Position numbers and translations under genes: made by a program | In this document: one piece after another, positions 1-14,128 of the stretch | Numbering within the stretch: position 1 is the first letter of the stretch | Layout of the letters: the number at the start of each line of letters is the position of its first letter | Source: the human T2T-CHM13v2.0 reference genome, Homo sapiens | Length of the DNA: 64,000 nucleotides | Reading direction: 5' to 3' (one strand) | Assembly (NCBI RefSeq): GCF_009914755.1 | Contig: NC_060930.1 | The notes under the pieces: model-generated | Database searches by the model: none | What the model saw: the letters and a program-made list of their open reading frames with translations, nothing else | What the model was told of the DNA's origin: nothing

Positions 1-1994
1 TCTTCACAGTCAATCCTGTTTCACCCACATTAGCCCCAGTCACAGATCTGCTTTCTGCCTATAAAGATTGGAATTCTTTCCTGAGTTTCATATGAATGAC
101 TCAAAAGTAACTACTCTTCTGTGCCTGACTTCTTTTTCAACATAATGTTTTTGAGATCATCCATGTTGTGAAGTTGTATCAACGGTTCATTCCTTTTTAT
201 TGCTTCTTAGCATTCAATTGTATGTTATGCTAACATGTTTATCTATTCACATGTTCATGGCTATTTGGACTGTTCCCAGATTTTGGCTATGGGGAATAAA
301 AAAGCTATAAACATTTGTGTACAAGTCTCTGTGTGGGTGTATGTTTTCATTTCTCTTGGGCAAATATCTAGAAATGGAATGGCTAGGTCATATGGTAGAT
401 ATCTGTTCAAATTTATATAAAACTGCTAAAATGCATTTTTCAAAGGTTGTCATTTTATATTCTTACAGGCAATGTATGTGAGTAACCAGTTATCAATATT
501 GGTATTGTTAGTCTTGCATTTTAGCCATTCTATTGGATTTGTAGTGGTATCCGATTATAATTTTAGTTTTAATTTCCCTGATGACTAATGATGCTGACAA
601 TTTTTCCAGGTGCTAATTGGTCATTTGTATATCTTCTTAAATCAAATAAATATTTACATCTTTTTTCTAACTTAAAATTGATTCTTTTTCTTCTTACTAT
701 TGAATTTTAAGAGTTCCTTATATAGTCTAGATGAATTTCTTATATTTCTGTGTTAAATATATTCATTTCCAATATTTTCTTCTACTCTATGACTTGCCTT
801 ATTTGTTTATGGGTATGTTTTAAAGAGCAGTAGTTTTTCATTTTGATATATTCTAAATGTGAATATTTTTGTTATTCATACTTTTTTATGTTCTATATAA
901 AATATTTTTGCTAACCAACCTAAAATCATAAAAATATTTGATCTTCTGAAAGTTTAATACTTGTATCTCTTAATTTTAGGTCTATAATCTATTTTGAGTT
1001 GTTTGTTGTATGATGTGAATTAAGAACAAAGTTTTATTTTTCTCCATAAAAATATGCTATTGTTCCAGTCATAGTATTTCAACAGTATAATTTTCTCATT
1101 AAATTGACTTGGCAACATTGTGAAAGATAAATTAATATCTATCTGTCTTATCTATGTACCTAGCTAACTAGACTTTTGATTCTATTCTAATGATTTATAT
1201 GTCTGTCTTCATAACAACAACAAATTGGCCTGATTATGTCTGTATTGATATTATATCCTGAAACCACGCAGTGTAAGTCCTCTAACATTTTCTTTAAAAA
1301 TTAAAATTACTTATTTATTTGTTATCTATTAGTGTATATTTTAAAATAAGCTTGTCAATTTCAACAAGTAATCCTGTTGATTGAGATTGCATAGAGATTT
1401 CTCTCAGCAATATTCTTTGTTTGCTTTGCACATATTTTTTAAAGTTTATCACTAGTCATTTCATGTTTTTGGTACTATTATGACTGATATTTTTTACAAT
1501 TCGATTTCTGTTCATTGTTAGTATATAGAGATATAACTGATTTTTGTGTGGAGACCCGATACTTTGCAGCATTTGCTAGCCTACTCACAAAAGCTAGTAG
1601 CTTTGTCTTGATTCCTCAATGTATATGCACATACACATTTCTGCATATGTCATATGTAAATGACAGATTTAATTCTTCCATTCTAATGTTCATATGTTTT
1701 ATGTTTTGACTTATTGAATGAATTTATAATAAGAGTGGAAATCATTTCCTTATTACTGATATTAAAGGAAGAACACTAAATCTTTTACTATTAAGTGTGA
1801 TTTTAGCTGAGAGTTTTTCAACTTGACTTTTATCAAGTTGAATGGGTATTACATGCTCTCAAAGCCCTTACTGCATCTTTTGTGATAATCATAGCTTTTT
1901 AAAAAGTATATTAATGTAGTAAATTATATAGGTTGACAGTCAAACCAACCTTGCATTTCTGCTATAAAACTAACTGGGCTATGATATATCACAT

Positions 1995-2492
1995 TGAGGC
2001 AGGAGAATAGGACCTGGAGGCAGGGAACTTAAGACCAATCCATGCTGACTTTCTAGAACTAAATCAAATGAAAGCACTTCGGCAATGACAGGACTGTGAA
2101 TGGCTTTGTAACTGCACTTCCTCCTCTCCATTCATGCTATTTACACTTGGTAACTTCACATTCATCCTTTCCATTTACCTAGATCACACACACCAAATAA
2201 TATCCTCTCCATTTACAACAGGGCACAACCCAAGTAAATGACTCTGTGACTTCACCTCATTCTCTTCATTTACATAGAATATATGCCAAGTAACCAATGG
2301 GAAACCTCTAGAGTATTGAAATTCCAGAAAATCCTGTAAACAGGGCTCTTGAGCCCCTATGCTCAGGCTCCCACATTGTGGAGCGTACTTTCATTTTCAA
2401 TAAATCCCAGCTTTTGCTTTCCTCGCTTTGTTTGTGAGTTTTGTTCAATTCCTTGTTCAAGACGCCAAGAACCTGGACACCTACTGCTAACA
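1995..2492 (+). mobile_element. ERV1-class solo LTR, MER51-like
   Basis: TG...CA termini (tgaggcaggagaatagg ... ctgctaaca), exact 4-bp TSD acat at 1991-1994 and 2493-2496, AATAAA near 2399. The start matches the recalled MER51 consensus. Confidence 0.8.
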
Positions 2493-3690
2493 ACATTTGC
2501 TAATATTTTGTTAAGAACTTTGTATCTATCTTTATGAAGATATTATGTCCCAGTTTTATTTCCTTGAAGTTTCTTTTTTGACTTTTGTTATCAGGATAAT
2601 GTTGACCTCTGTTTTCTGAAAAAAAAAATGTGTAAGAATAGTATTTATTTGTTAAACAATTTATAGAATATAACTATGAATGTATGTGGGACTGTGTGTT
2701 CTTTGAGGTAAAGTTTACAAACTACTAATTCAATTGCTTATATATTTATAGGGCTAGCTATATTCAGAGATGTTTATTTGAGTTTGTATTTGAAATATGC
2801 ACTTATACTGAATATAGATTTTAGGTTGCAATAATATTTTCTACACCTTCTAAGAGGTTATTCCACTAACTTTTTGGTTGTATATTTTCCATAGGCAACA
2901 CGCATACTTTTTTTTTGCCATGTTAAAGTTTTATTAAGTTTCAATACATAACATTCCAAAAAGTGAAAAGTGATCTATAATACCCAAGTTCTATGTTCAA
3001 CTACCAGTTAAACAAGGAAAACATTTTCTATATCATTCTGTTTTACAACCAGTATAAACCCAGAAGAATCAAGATCTAATTCTTTTTCCACAAGTCTGCT
3101 AGGTCAGTAAACTATTTATCAAACAGGTGTCTGGTCATTTTAACATACTCCTTGCTTTGAACTTAATATTCATTCACAATTTGTACAATCTCTATATCCT
3201 ATGCTATCTTTAGGATATCTAAATATCTTAAATATCTAGTATATCTCAAGAGCCAAAAAGGTCCTCACAGAAGCTTTAACCCAAGTAATCATAAGAGTAT
3301 GGAAGGATTGGGCTAAGACAACTATGGAAGTGCAACAACCACATAAATTTGGTCATTACCTATTACAGGTCTGTGATTAGTAGTAGTCTGTCAAACGAGA
3401 GTTTAAAATGTTGTACTTACTATCCCTAGTTGCAAATGGTAAAACATGACAGTGCCATAATTATGACAAAAAAAAAATCTTAGAAGTTGAGTTAGTTCCT
3501 GTAATCCAACAACTCAAGTCTATTTCCTTTGAGAAAATTATACTATTGGCTCTAGTCTCTAAAGCAATAAACTAAAACTTATTTCCAAGATTGGGAGGTA
3601 AAGTGAGCTTGTAAAACAATCAGCAAAAGTGGACTACTTGTTTCCAGTGTGCTTGCCATCTTAGCATGTTTGTTACTTTCTATGTTTAAT

Positions 3691-4967
3691 ACACACTTAA
3701 ATGGTCTTATTCAGGGAGGGGAAAGGGGAGGTTCTTGTGGATTCCCAGGGAAATGTCAGAAAAGCAAAATGGCCAGCATTATCCATTTGCTTTTTTGGAT
3801 TTACTGCGTGAATAGCACTTTCCTTACATAGACATCTGATTTCAGGTTTTTTATGCTGAGAACATTGAGATTTCAGTTGGAAGACACCCTGAAATCTTCT
3901 GAGTAGCAAACCCCAACCACTCTCTAAGTTTTATTCTACAACTAAACTCTGTTTCTGGATAAGCCACCACCAAAAAATGTTTCACTTACTGACAGACATA
4001 GACATTTCACTAGACAGAGCTACCACTTATTCATCATTTTTATGATTCAACTTAAGTTCTAAATTGAAGAGTTGTCCCTTGACTTTATCTAAACAAAATG
4101 AAAACCAAAGCTATAAAATCTATGTAAAGGAACACAAGAACTTCCTGACTACCTCCACTTACCAATTTCCTTAATTACTTCTCCTTTTCCATTTGGTCAA
4201 TTATTGTTTTAAGTAACTACTACTCACTCCCTAGTTATGAATGTTAATCAACACTGATGCCATCCTCAGGTCCACAGGAACCCTTGAAGGCAAAATCTAT
4301 TGATTGCACCAAACCAGTTCTGACAGCACTTCTTATGTAACTGTAGTGACTTATCGACAATCAGCCACCTTCTGCTTCAAAAACTCTTAGCATTTGATTT
4401 ATCTGACTGCCAGCTTTATCTACTGTGAATAAATCAGCACTCCACGACCATAATGAGCATAATCCTCAACCATCTTTGCTGTTTCACAGGCATTTGATGC
4501 TTTAAATCTGATGTGGAATGCTGATAGATTAACTTTTTAGAAGTCATAAGCCTTTAGGAAGTTGGAGATAACTTTATTGCTTATCTATTTTCTCCGTTGC
4601 AATCAAGCTGTTCCTTTAAAAGTGAGACATTACAGAGTTGCAAAAATTTGAAACAGTAAGAGCAGACACCTTTGCAGCTTCATGGTTGGTTTTGGCCAAA
4701 CTTTTTTTTAGTATTCTGTGGCTGTTTGACACAAACTTAAATGGTCTTATTCGGGGAGGAGAAAGGGGAGGTTCTTGGGGATTCCCAAGGAAATGTCAGA
4801 AAAGCAAAATGGCCAGCATTATCCATTTGCTTTTTTGGATCTACTGCGTGAATAGCACTTGCCTTGCATAGGCCTCTGATTTCAGGTTTTTCATGCTGTG
4901 AACATTGAGATTTCAGCTGGAAGACACCCTGAAATCTTCTGAGTAGCAAACCCCAACCACCCTCTAA
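3691..4967. repeat. Dispersed direct repeat, 237 bp x2 (3691-3927 and 4731-4967), inside the retrocopy 3' UTR
   Basis: Ungapped alignment at offset 1040 with 14 mismatches in 237 bp (~94%, hand count). It produces the twin 70-aa ORFs 3697-3909 and 4737-4949. Confidence 0.97.
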
Positions 4968-5319
4968 TAGCTAGCTTGTTTGTATAGGCAGAATGATTCA
5001 TCTCTCCATTTTACATGGCTAGACGTTTTGTGGAAGATCTTAGAATTGCTTGCCTCATTTACTGGGAAAAATCAGATAGGAGTGGCCTCTAGGAACACTT
5101 TTGCTTGGAAAGTTACAACACTAGTACAACAAGTCTTAACACATTTAACATTTGCTTGTTAAAAAGCAATGTCATAAAGTCAGATAAAATTAAACATGTT
5201 TTACTTTTTTCCTCACAAGAACATAAAAATTATGGAGGGGAACATAACAGGGAATTTAAAAAAGGTAACACAATTTTTCCTTTTAGTAGTCCTTCGGTAG
5301 CTATGACAGAATAGTTTCA

Positions 5320-6583
<1,264 letters not shown>

Positions 6584-7852
6584 TTATTTATTTATTTTTT
6601 TGCTGGTGAGTCAGAGGGGTGACAATGGGTTCAAGCTCCAACGAGCTCACCGACAGGGGCTTCCTACCAGCTCAGCACCAGTGGCGGCTGCCAGGTCTGA
6701 GGACCAAATTGCGAAGCCACTAGCACTACTGCACAACCAATATGCATACATTTTAATCCTTGTTTTTCTTATATAATTTGTCTTTTTTCTCTGGATACTG
6801 TTAATATTTTCTCTATCATAGGTTTTTAGCAATTTTATTTTGATGTGCTTTGTTTTATTTTTATAGGCATTTTAAAATCTTTCTAGGTGTTGAGTTAGCA
6901 TTGTAACTTTATTTAAATTTGGGAATATAGTAACCTCTATTTCTTCAATTTTTTTTTTTTTTATTTCTCTGTCCTTACCCTGTTTGGAATTCCTATTCCA
7001 TGTCTGCACATAAATTTATTTTGTTCCATGGGTTACTGAAACAAATTATTTCATTCTCTTTATTTTTCAATTTTAATAGATTCCTTGCTAAATTTGAATA
7101 TTTACTGATATTTTCTTGTGTAATGTCTTATGTGTTGTTAATCCTATCTAGTTAAAGTTTCATTTAGACATTAGTTTTCAACTCTAGAAGTTCTATCTAG
7201 TTGTTTGTTTTTTAAATTTCTATTTACCCTTTTATTTTGTTCATGTTATTCTTTACATATGTTTACATATTTATAATAACTGCTTAATGTATTTGCTAGT
7301 TCCATTATCTATGTCATTTATAGTTGTATTTGATTATTTTTCTCCTGCTTTGGATTACATTTTTTTTACTTAGCAGTCATTTTTTATTTTATGCTAAACA
7401 TTACAGATTTGATGTTGGTATGGCTGGATTCTTGTTTTCTTCCTTTAAAAATTGTTAGGCTTTGTTTTGACAGGAAGTTGGTTACTTATAGATGAGTGTC
7501 ATCCCTTTGAGTCATTTTTTAAAGCTTTTCTGGGAGCAGTCTAGAGTTGCCTTTATTCCACTGATAATTTGTCCAAATTACTAAGATACTGTCGCCTCTG
7601 ATGAAAAGTTACTCTCTTAAATATGCTAAATAATCAAGAACTCTTCACTCTGGCTAGGTGGAGTTCAATATATGTTGTTAGAGCTTGCCTTGTGTGAGCT
7701 CTGGAAATTTTTTCTTATAGATACTTGGTTGCTTTTTTTGCCTGGCCTCATGGAGTTTTACTCCACACTTGCATATCTGAGTATTCAACAATGATATAAA
7801 AGGGCACTGTAGTTAGATTTCTGAAGCTCTTGTCTGCATAGCTCTCTCTCTT

Positions 7853-8216
7853 CTTAAATTTCCATAGGTTTTTGGGAAACAGGTGGTGTTTGGTTACATG
7901 AGTAAGTTCTTTAGTGGTGATTTGTGAGATTTTGGTGTACCCATCATCAGAGCAGTATACACTGTATCGATTTGTACTCTTTTATCCCTTACCTCAACTC
8001 CCAATCTTTCCCCCAGTTCCCAAAGTCCCTTTTATCATTCTTATGACTTTGCATCCTCATAGCTTAGCTACCCCTTATAAGTGAGAACATACTATGTTCA
8101 GTTTTACATTCCTGAGTTACTTAACATAAAATAATGGTCTCCAATTCTATCCAGGTTGCTGCGAAAGCCAGAATGCCAATATTTTGTTCCTTTTTATGGC
8201 CACATAATATTCCATG

Positions 8217-8283
<67 letters not shown>

Positions 8284-9986
8284 CACATGGGATATATATA
8301 TATCACAATTTCTTTATCCACTCATTAACTGATAGGCATCTGGGCTGGTTCCATATTTTTGCAATTGCAAATTGTGCTGCTATAAACATGTGTGTGCAAG
8401 TATCTTTTTTTGTATAATGACTTCTTTCCCTCTGGGTTGATATCCAGTAGGGGGATTGCTGAATCAAACTGTTGTTCTACTTTTAGTTCTTTAAGGAATC
8501 TCCATACCGTTTTCCACAGTGGTTATATTAGTTTACATTCCCACAAGCAGTGTTAAAGCATTTCCTTTTCACTACATTCCCACCAACATCTATTATTTTT
8601 TTATTTTTTGATTATGGCCATTCTTGCAGGGGTAAGTTGGTATTGCATTGTAGTTTCAATTTGCACTTCCCTGATCCTTAGTGATGCTGAGCATTTTTTC
8701 ATATGTTTGTTGGTCATTTGTATATCTTCCTTTGAGAATTGTCTATTCATGTCCTTAGCCCAATGTTTGAAGTGATTGTTTTTTCTTGCTGATTTGTTTG
8801 AGTTTCTTGTAGAGTCTGGATATTAGTCCTTTGTCAGACGTATAGATTGTGAAGATTTTCTCCCACTCTGTGGGTTGTCTGTTTACTCTGCTGATTGTTT
8901 CTTTTGCTGTGCAGAAACTTTTTAGTTCAATTAAGCCCCACCTGTTTATCATTGTTTTTGTTGCATTTGCTTTGGGGTTGTTGGTCATGGAGTTTTTGCC
9001 TAAGCCAATGTCTAGAAGGGTTTTTCCAATGTTATCTTCTAGAATTTTTATGGTTCCAGGTTTTAGATGTAAGTCCTTGATCCACCTTGATTTTTGCACA
9101 AGGTGAGCAATGAGGATTCAGTTTTATTCTTCTACATGTGGCTTGCCTATTATCCCAGCACCATTTGTTGAATAGGGGGTCCTGTGAAGGAAAACCAATC
9201 ATATTAACAGCAGATTTCTCAGCAGAAAACCTACAAACTAGAAGGGGTTGATGCCCTATATTTAGCCTCCTTAAACAAAACAATTATCAGCCAAGAATTT
9301 TGCATCCAGTGAAACTAAGCATCATAAAGGAAGGAAAGTTACAGTCTTTTTCAGACAAACAAATGCTAAGGGAATATGCCACTACCAAGCCAGCACTACA
9401 AGAACTGCTAAAAGGACCTCTAAGCCTTGAACTAAATCCTTGAAATACATCAAAACAGAACTTTTTTAAAGCATAAATCTCACAGGACCTATAATGCAAC
9501 AATATGCACACACAACAATTACAACAACAACACAACAACAAAAAAACTCAAACAACCAAGATATGCAAACAACAAATAGCAGGATGAATAGAATAGTACC
9601 TCACATCTCAATACTAAATGAATGTAAATGGCCTAAATGCTCTACTTAAAAGATACAGAATGGCAGATTGGATAAGAATTCACCAACCAAGTATCTGCTG
9701 CCTTCAACAGACTCACCTAACACACAAGGACTCACATAAATTTAAGGTAAAGGGGTGGAAAAAGACATTTTATGCAAATGGACACCAAAAGCAAGTAGGA
9801 GTAGCTATTCTTATATCAAACAAAACAAACTTTAAAGCAACAGTAATTAAAAAAGACAAAGAGGGACATTACATAATAATAAAAGGTCTTGTCCAACAGG
9901 AAAGTATCACAATCTTAAATATATATGCACCTAACACTGGGGCTCCTAAATTTATAAAACAATTACTACTAGACCTAAGAAATGAT
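7853..9986 (-). mobile_element. L1PB1-like insertion with 5' inversion (3' part minus at 7853-9183; ORF1 end/ORF2 start plus at 9181-9986)
   Basis: L1PB-type 3' end 'taggtttttgggaaacaggtggtgtttggttacatg'. The ORF track shows ORF2 C-terminal peptide on minus (8755-9099) and the endonuclease N-terminus on plus (9618-). Degenerate TSD at 7838-7852 / 9987-10001. Confidence 0.88.
8216..8302. repeat. (TG)n(TA)n microsatellite within L1PB
   Basis: Directly visible. Confidence 0.95.
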
Positions 9987-10449
9987 ATAGTGCCCTCTCT
10001 TTTCAAGATCTCTGCCCCTACAATTTCCAGCTGCCTCAACCTTCCCTTTTCCCCATTTACATTCTTCACCTCCATGAGGTTGCTTGGGGGCTTTGGATTT
10101 ACCTCTCTGTGCATGTGCTTTTGAAATTTTGTCTAGGAAGCAAACCAGAACAGTTACAAGATTAGTCTCAACTGCTTCACTTCTCTGAAAAATCAAAGTC
10201 CTGAGGGATGTCTTTTAAAAGTCAATGTCTGAAAGACATCTGTTTTATTTTTGTTTTGTTTTGTTTCCCAGCAGGATGGTAAATCTAATCCTTCTTATAA
10301 CATCATGGCAAGAATGTGAAGTTTCAGATTGCTTTTAAATCCCAGTCTAAAGCCATGTTAAGTACTATAATTTATGGATTTTTAAAAAACCTTCTGGACA
10401 ATCATATCTATGTCAATGAGTTTACTTAATTGTTAACCCCTTTTCTGGA

Positions 10450-13010
10450 AAAAAAATGTCATAAACAGCAGAATGGGAGAGACCAGAAAATGATTTAAAT
10501 AACCCAGATGTGCATAATTCAAAAATGGCCTTGAAATACAAGAAAAAAATTGAAAATTTTCAATGTAATGCATTTTCACAACTACTTAAGAAAACTTTTT
10601 CAATATATAAAAATAAAAAGAAAATAGATTTTAGAACATTTTCAAAGAGTATCCTGAAGTACAGTCAAGAGCAGTTTAAAGGGATCCTTGTTCTCTGTTT
10701 GTAAATGTTCACAGGCCCAAAAGAAGGGAAACAGAAAATCTAAATTGGAAAGAGAAATTACCAACTTACAAAACCTCCAAAAGTGGCTGTATAATTCAAA
10801 GAGATTTAGAAGAATATAAACCAACTATAAATGATAATGTATGGCTCTCCAGGTGAAATAAAATTGTCTGATTGTACAAGAAGTAAAGGAATATATAGAA
10901 AAAGTGAATGTTGAGACTTAAAATAAATAGTAAATCCTTGAGGTAAACTGAACTTTATTTGCCTTGGTTAACAGAAAACACTCCAAGTCTTGAAAATTTA
11001 TAACAATCCTTAGTCTCTTTCAGTGTCTTTCCTATAATTATTAATTTGTCAATATTATCAGAGGAAATTTCTTTATTCTCTGTGTTAGAAACCGTGTAAC
11101 TTTTATGCATATACTTTGGACACTGAGGTTCCAGATGAAACAAACTGTGAAAGAATTATTTTTAGAAGATCCCTAAATATTAACAAATGAGCAGATTATA
11201 ACCAATCTAGACATCCCATAGTACCCAGACCATGGATGAGTTATGAGTCTAGAATTATTTTCAAATAATCCCAATGTGCAAAAACTCCACAATAATAATT
11301 GGAGAACAGAACAATTGGAGAAAACTCATATGAATGTAGATTTATTTTCTAGAATATCAAAAAGTTTTGTTTTTATGTATATGCAAAAATTAGGACACAT
11401 TGTAGGTATGTAAGATCAGCAACATGGCACACATAAAAATTCAGAAGGATTCTTCCCAAAATTTCATAAATGTTTTTTAAATGTATATGAAAGTATTAGA
11501 TTATGCTCTAGAGGTATAAACTCAGCAATGTGACACACCCATTGCCTATTACATCTTACCATTTGGATCAGTAGTCAGGGATTATCCTCCTTGCCTCAGA
11601 ATAATTTTACTCTTGGGTAAATTAATCAGAGTTATCTTTCCATAATCTAGCCATCTCACCTGTAGTGTAATATGTATTTGTTAGAACAGGCAGATAGTTA
11701 GACTGAGCAAGAAGGGGAGTCCCTACAAAAGTAAGCTTTGGAAAATCTCATAGCCCAGAGACCACCCAAAACATGCATGCTAGGTATGAGCAGAGAGAAG
11801 GGAAATTACCAATGTAAGAAGGAACTCTCCAAAATGCCTCTTAAGATGCCCAGTAATCACTCATTCTATGATTGAACTGTGAGAATGTAGTCAGCTACAT
11901 GCTGATAAGGAGGGGAAAAGGGCAAAGGGGAAATTCCTAAGAGAAACAAAGGCACTATAACCACAGATTTAACTGCTGTTTATACGACCTTCCTGGGATG
12001 TTGGTAATGAACCACACTGCCATTAGGTAAGATTTGTATTGATCCCTGGGCCTGCACATGTGCATCAACTGACAGTAAGGGAGAATCCTACAAACCTGGG
12101 GTGGGAACTAGGTGGGGGAAAAGGCAGGGACTTAAGGCAGAAATGGGAAACCAGACACAGACAAAGGCAGAGACTTAATACAGAGGTGCAAACTTAAAGA
12201 AAGAGTGTGACATAATAAAAACCACAACATAGAACTCTCAAGGTTGCTGGTCCATTCTCTTCCAAGCAGCCTATTCTGCCTCTTTAAATAATCTCTGCTG
12301 ACACTTAACCCTTGCTGCTACTGTCGCTGCTCCCAGCCTAGTCAGCTCACTCCTCTCTTGGAGTCTACTTCCTTCAATAAACTCTCTGGTCTTTATTTCT
12401 TCAATAAATTCTCTGCTTTCTTTGTTTAACAAGCAAAGTCTCCCAAGAAGACTAAGAACTGAGGACACCACACTTTCCAGTAACTTACTGAAATATATCA
12501 ACTTTCTCTTTTGTTGTGTTACAATATCCTTGTTGGTGAAGAAAACTTGAGGGTTGTAATTCTGTAGTTTGAGAAGTACTCATGTCCAAAATAAATATTT
12601 GGGGTAATCCAGTACCAAATTTTCATTTCATTTTTTTTTAGTTTTATATTTCAATATTAATGATTAAAGTCCTCATGCAAGAACCTCTCATTGAACAGAA
12701 TGACAAAATCCATGAAGAATATCAAGAATTCTGTCACAGGTGCGCAAAATTTGCTTGCCAATTCCACAAACAACAGATAGGAATAGTCAGGTTGCAAGGT
12801 CTGTGAGGGCATGATCTAAGAAAGCCACCATGGCTGTCTGACATCATGATCATGGCTATCATGACATCAGATAATCTCAAATAAACATTTGGTAAAATAT
12901 TCTATGAGACAATCATCACAGTAGTGATAAATTGGCCTTCATTTCAAACAGCAAAGCAGAAATGTTCTTAGGAGGTATTTTATACTATTGTTCCTCTGTA
13001 TGGGCTTTTA
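10450..13010 (+). mobile_element. Probable ancient RTE-clade LINE fossil (L4-like), split by MER50
   Basis: Degraded RT-like motifs in the expected order: NYRGISLL-like ~11050-11077, FLEYQKVF ~11345-11368, GxPKxI-like ~11447-11470, FTLGKLIRE-like ~11606-11631. Several require frameshifts; boundaries are uncertain. Confidence 0.45.
11679..12485 (+). mobile_element. ERV1-class solo LTR, MER50
   Basis: Starts tgttagaacaggcagatag and ends gactaagaactgaggac...ccagtaac, collinear with the recalled MER50 consensus. AATAAA present. TSD tatt/tact. Confidence 0.85.
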
Positions 13011-13019
13011 GCATATGCT

Positions 13020-13950
13020 AAAGGGAAAACCCAAAAGGATTAAACTGTTGTCAACAAATCAATAATATTCCAGAAAAAAGCTCAAGAGTATTTGTAAAAT
13101 GCAGAAAAAAAAGAAAAATAAATAATCAAGAACCCAACAAAGTTGAATTTTCAGTTCTATATGTGATGCAAAATCCCAAGGCATGCAAAGGAAGCAGAAA
13201 AATGTGACCTATAATGAGGCACAAAATCACCCCTTTCTGCAAATGCTTATTTTCATCTGGATTATTTTCCATCTACCTGTGGGAATTCCTTTAACATTTC
13301 TTGCAGTTTGTATCTGCTTATTGCCTTTAAATTTTGTTAGGCAGGACCACAGCAGAATTTGACCTATGGCTAATTTTGCTCCACAATTGAGGCACAAATT
13401 TTTAACGTACTCTACCCAATACCCTGTGAATTATTAGGATTTGTACTCTAGTTAGTGGAAATGACGATTTACTTTTCCAGCCCTGTGTAAGTACAAAGGA
13501 TTGTTACCTCTGTCTTTTCACGCATTTCTTTCTCTGGTCTCAAATTGTTTTCCCGTGTTCCTGTGCTGATTAGTATTCGGCTCATGACTCGGGGAGAACT
13601 CTTCCAGATCTCTAGAGGTCTCTGTCTGGGCAGCTCTCTTCTTTCTGGTACTCTGCATTGCAAACTCTATCAACTTTGTCTTCCCTACGTTCCCTACTAT
13701 GTCTCTTCAAGACATAGGCTCTATCTGGTTTTCCTCTTTCGTTGCCACCTGGAAACCTCTTCAGAAAGTATACTGGGACAATCAGAGAGCTCACATTGTT
13801 TATTTACTATCTCTGTTGTTGCTGTCATTGTCTAATATCCAATGTCTTCAAAACCTTTGTTTCATTTATTTTGTGCATTTTAAAAATGTTTTGGGCAGGA
13901 GGATATATCTAATCCTACTTATTCTATCTTGTTTAGAAGAAGTCTTGAAA
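13020..13950. mobile_element. Old L1M 5'-region fragments (plus ~13020-13230, minus ~13230-13950)
   Basis: Motifs such as 'aggcatgcaaaggaagcagaaaaatgtgacc' and 'gcagctctcttctttctggtactctgc'. Confidence 0.55.
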
Positions 13951-14017
13951 GTAGGCTTTTTGATTTGCATACATTTTAATATGTTTAATTTTTGTTGATG
14001 AACAAGGAGACATTCTT

Positions 14018-14128
14018 TTATATTTATTTTTTTTTTTGAGACGGAATTTTGCTCTTGTTGCCCATGTTGGAGTGCAGTGGTGCGATCCCGGCTTGCTGCA
14101 ACCTCCACCTTCCAGTTTCAAGTGATTC
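14018..14128 (-). mobile_element. 5'-truncated Alu (AluSq/Sp-like right-arm end)
   Basis: T-tail plus 'gagacggaattttgctcttgttgccc'. TSD acaaggagacattctt (14002-14017) / actagaagaaattctt (14129-14144). Confidence 0.9.

Noticed and set aside
3750-3897. H/ACA snoRNA-like layout (two hairpins then ACA-TTT) in the duplicated element
   Set aside because: No ANANNA H box after the first hairpin in either copy (AGATGT / AGAGGC), and the context is exonic.
3697-4949. Twin 70-aa ORFs (3697-3909, 4737-4949) as paralogous microproteins
   Set aside because: They start at TTG, not ATG, lie in a pseudogene 3' UTR, and their similarity follows from the DNA duplication.
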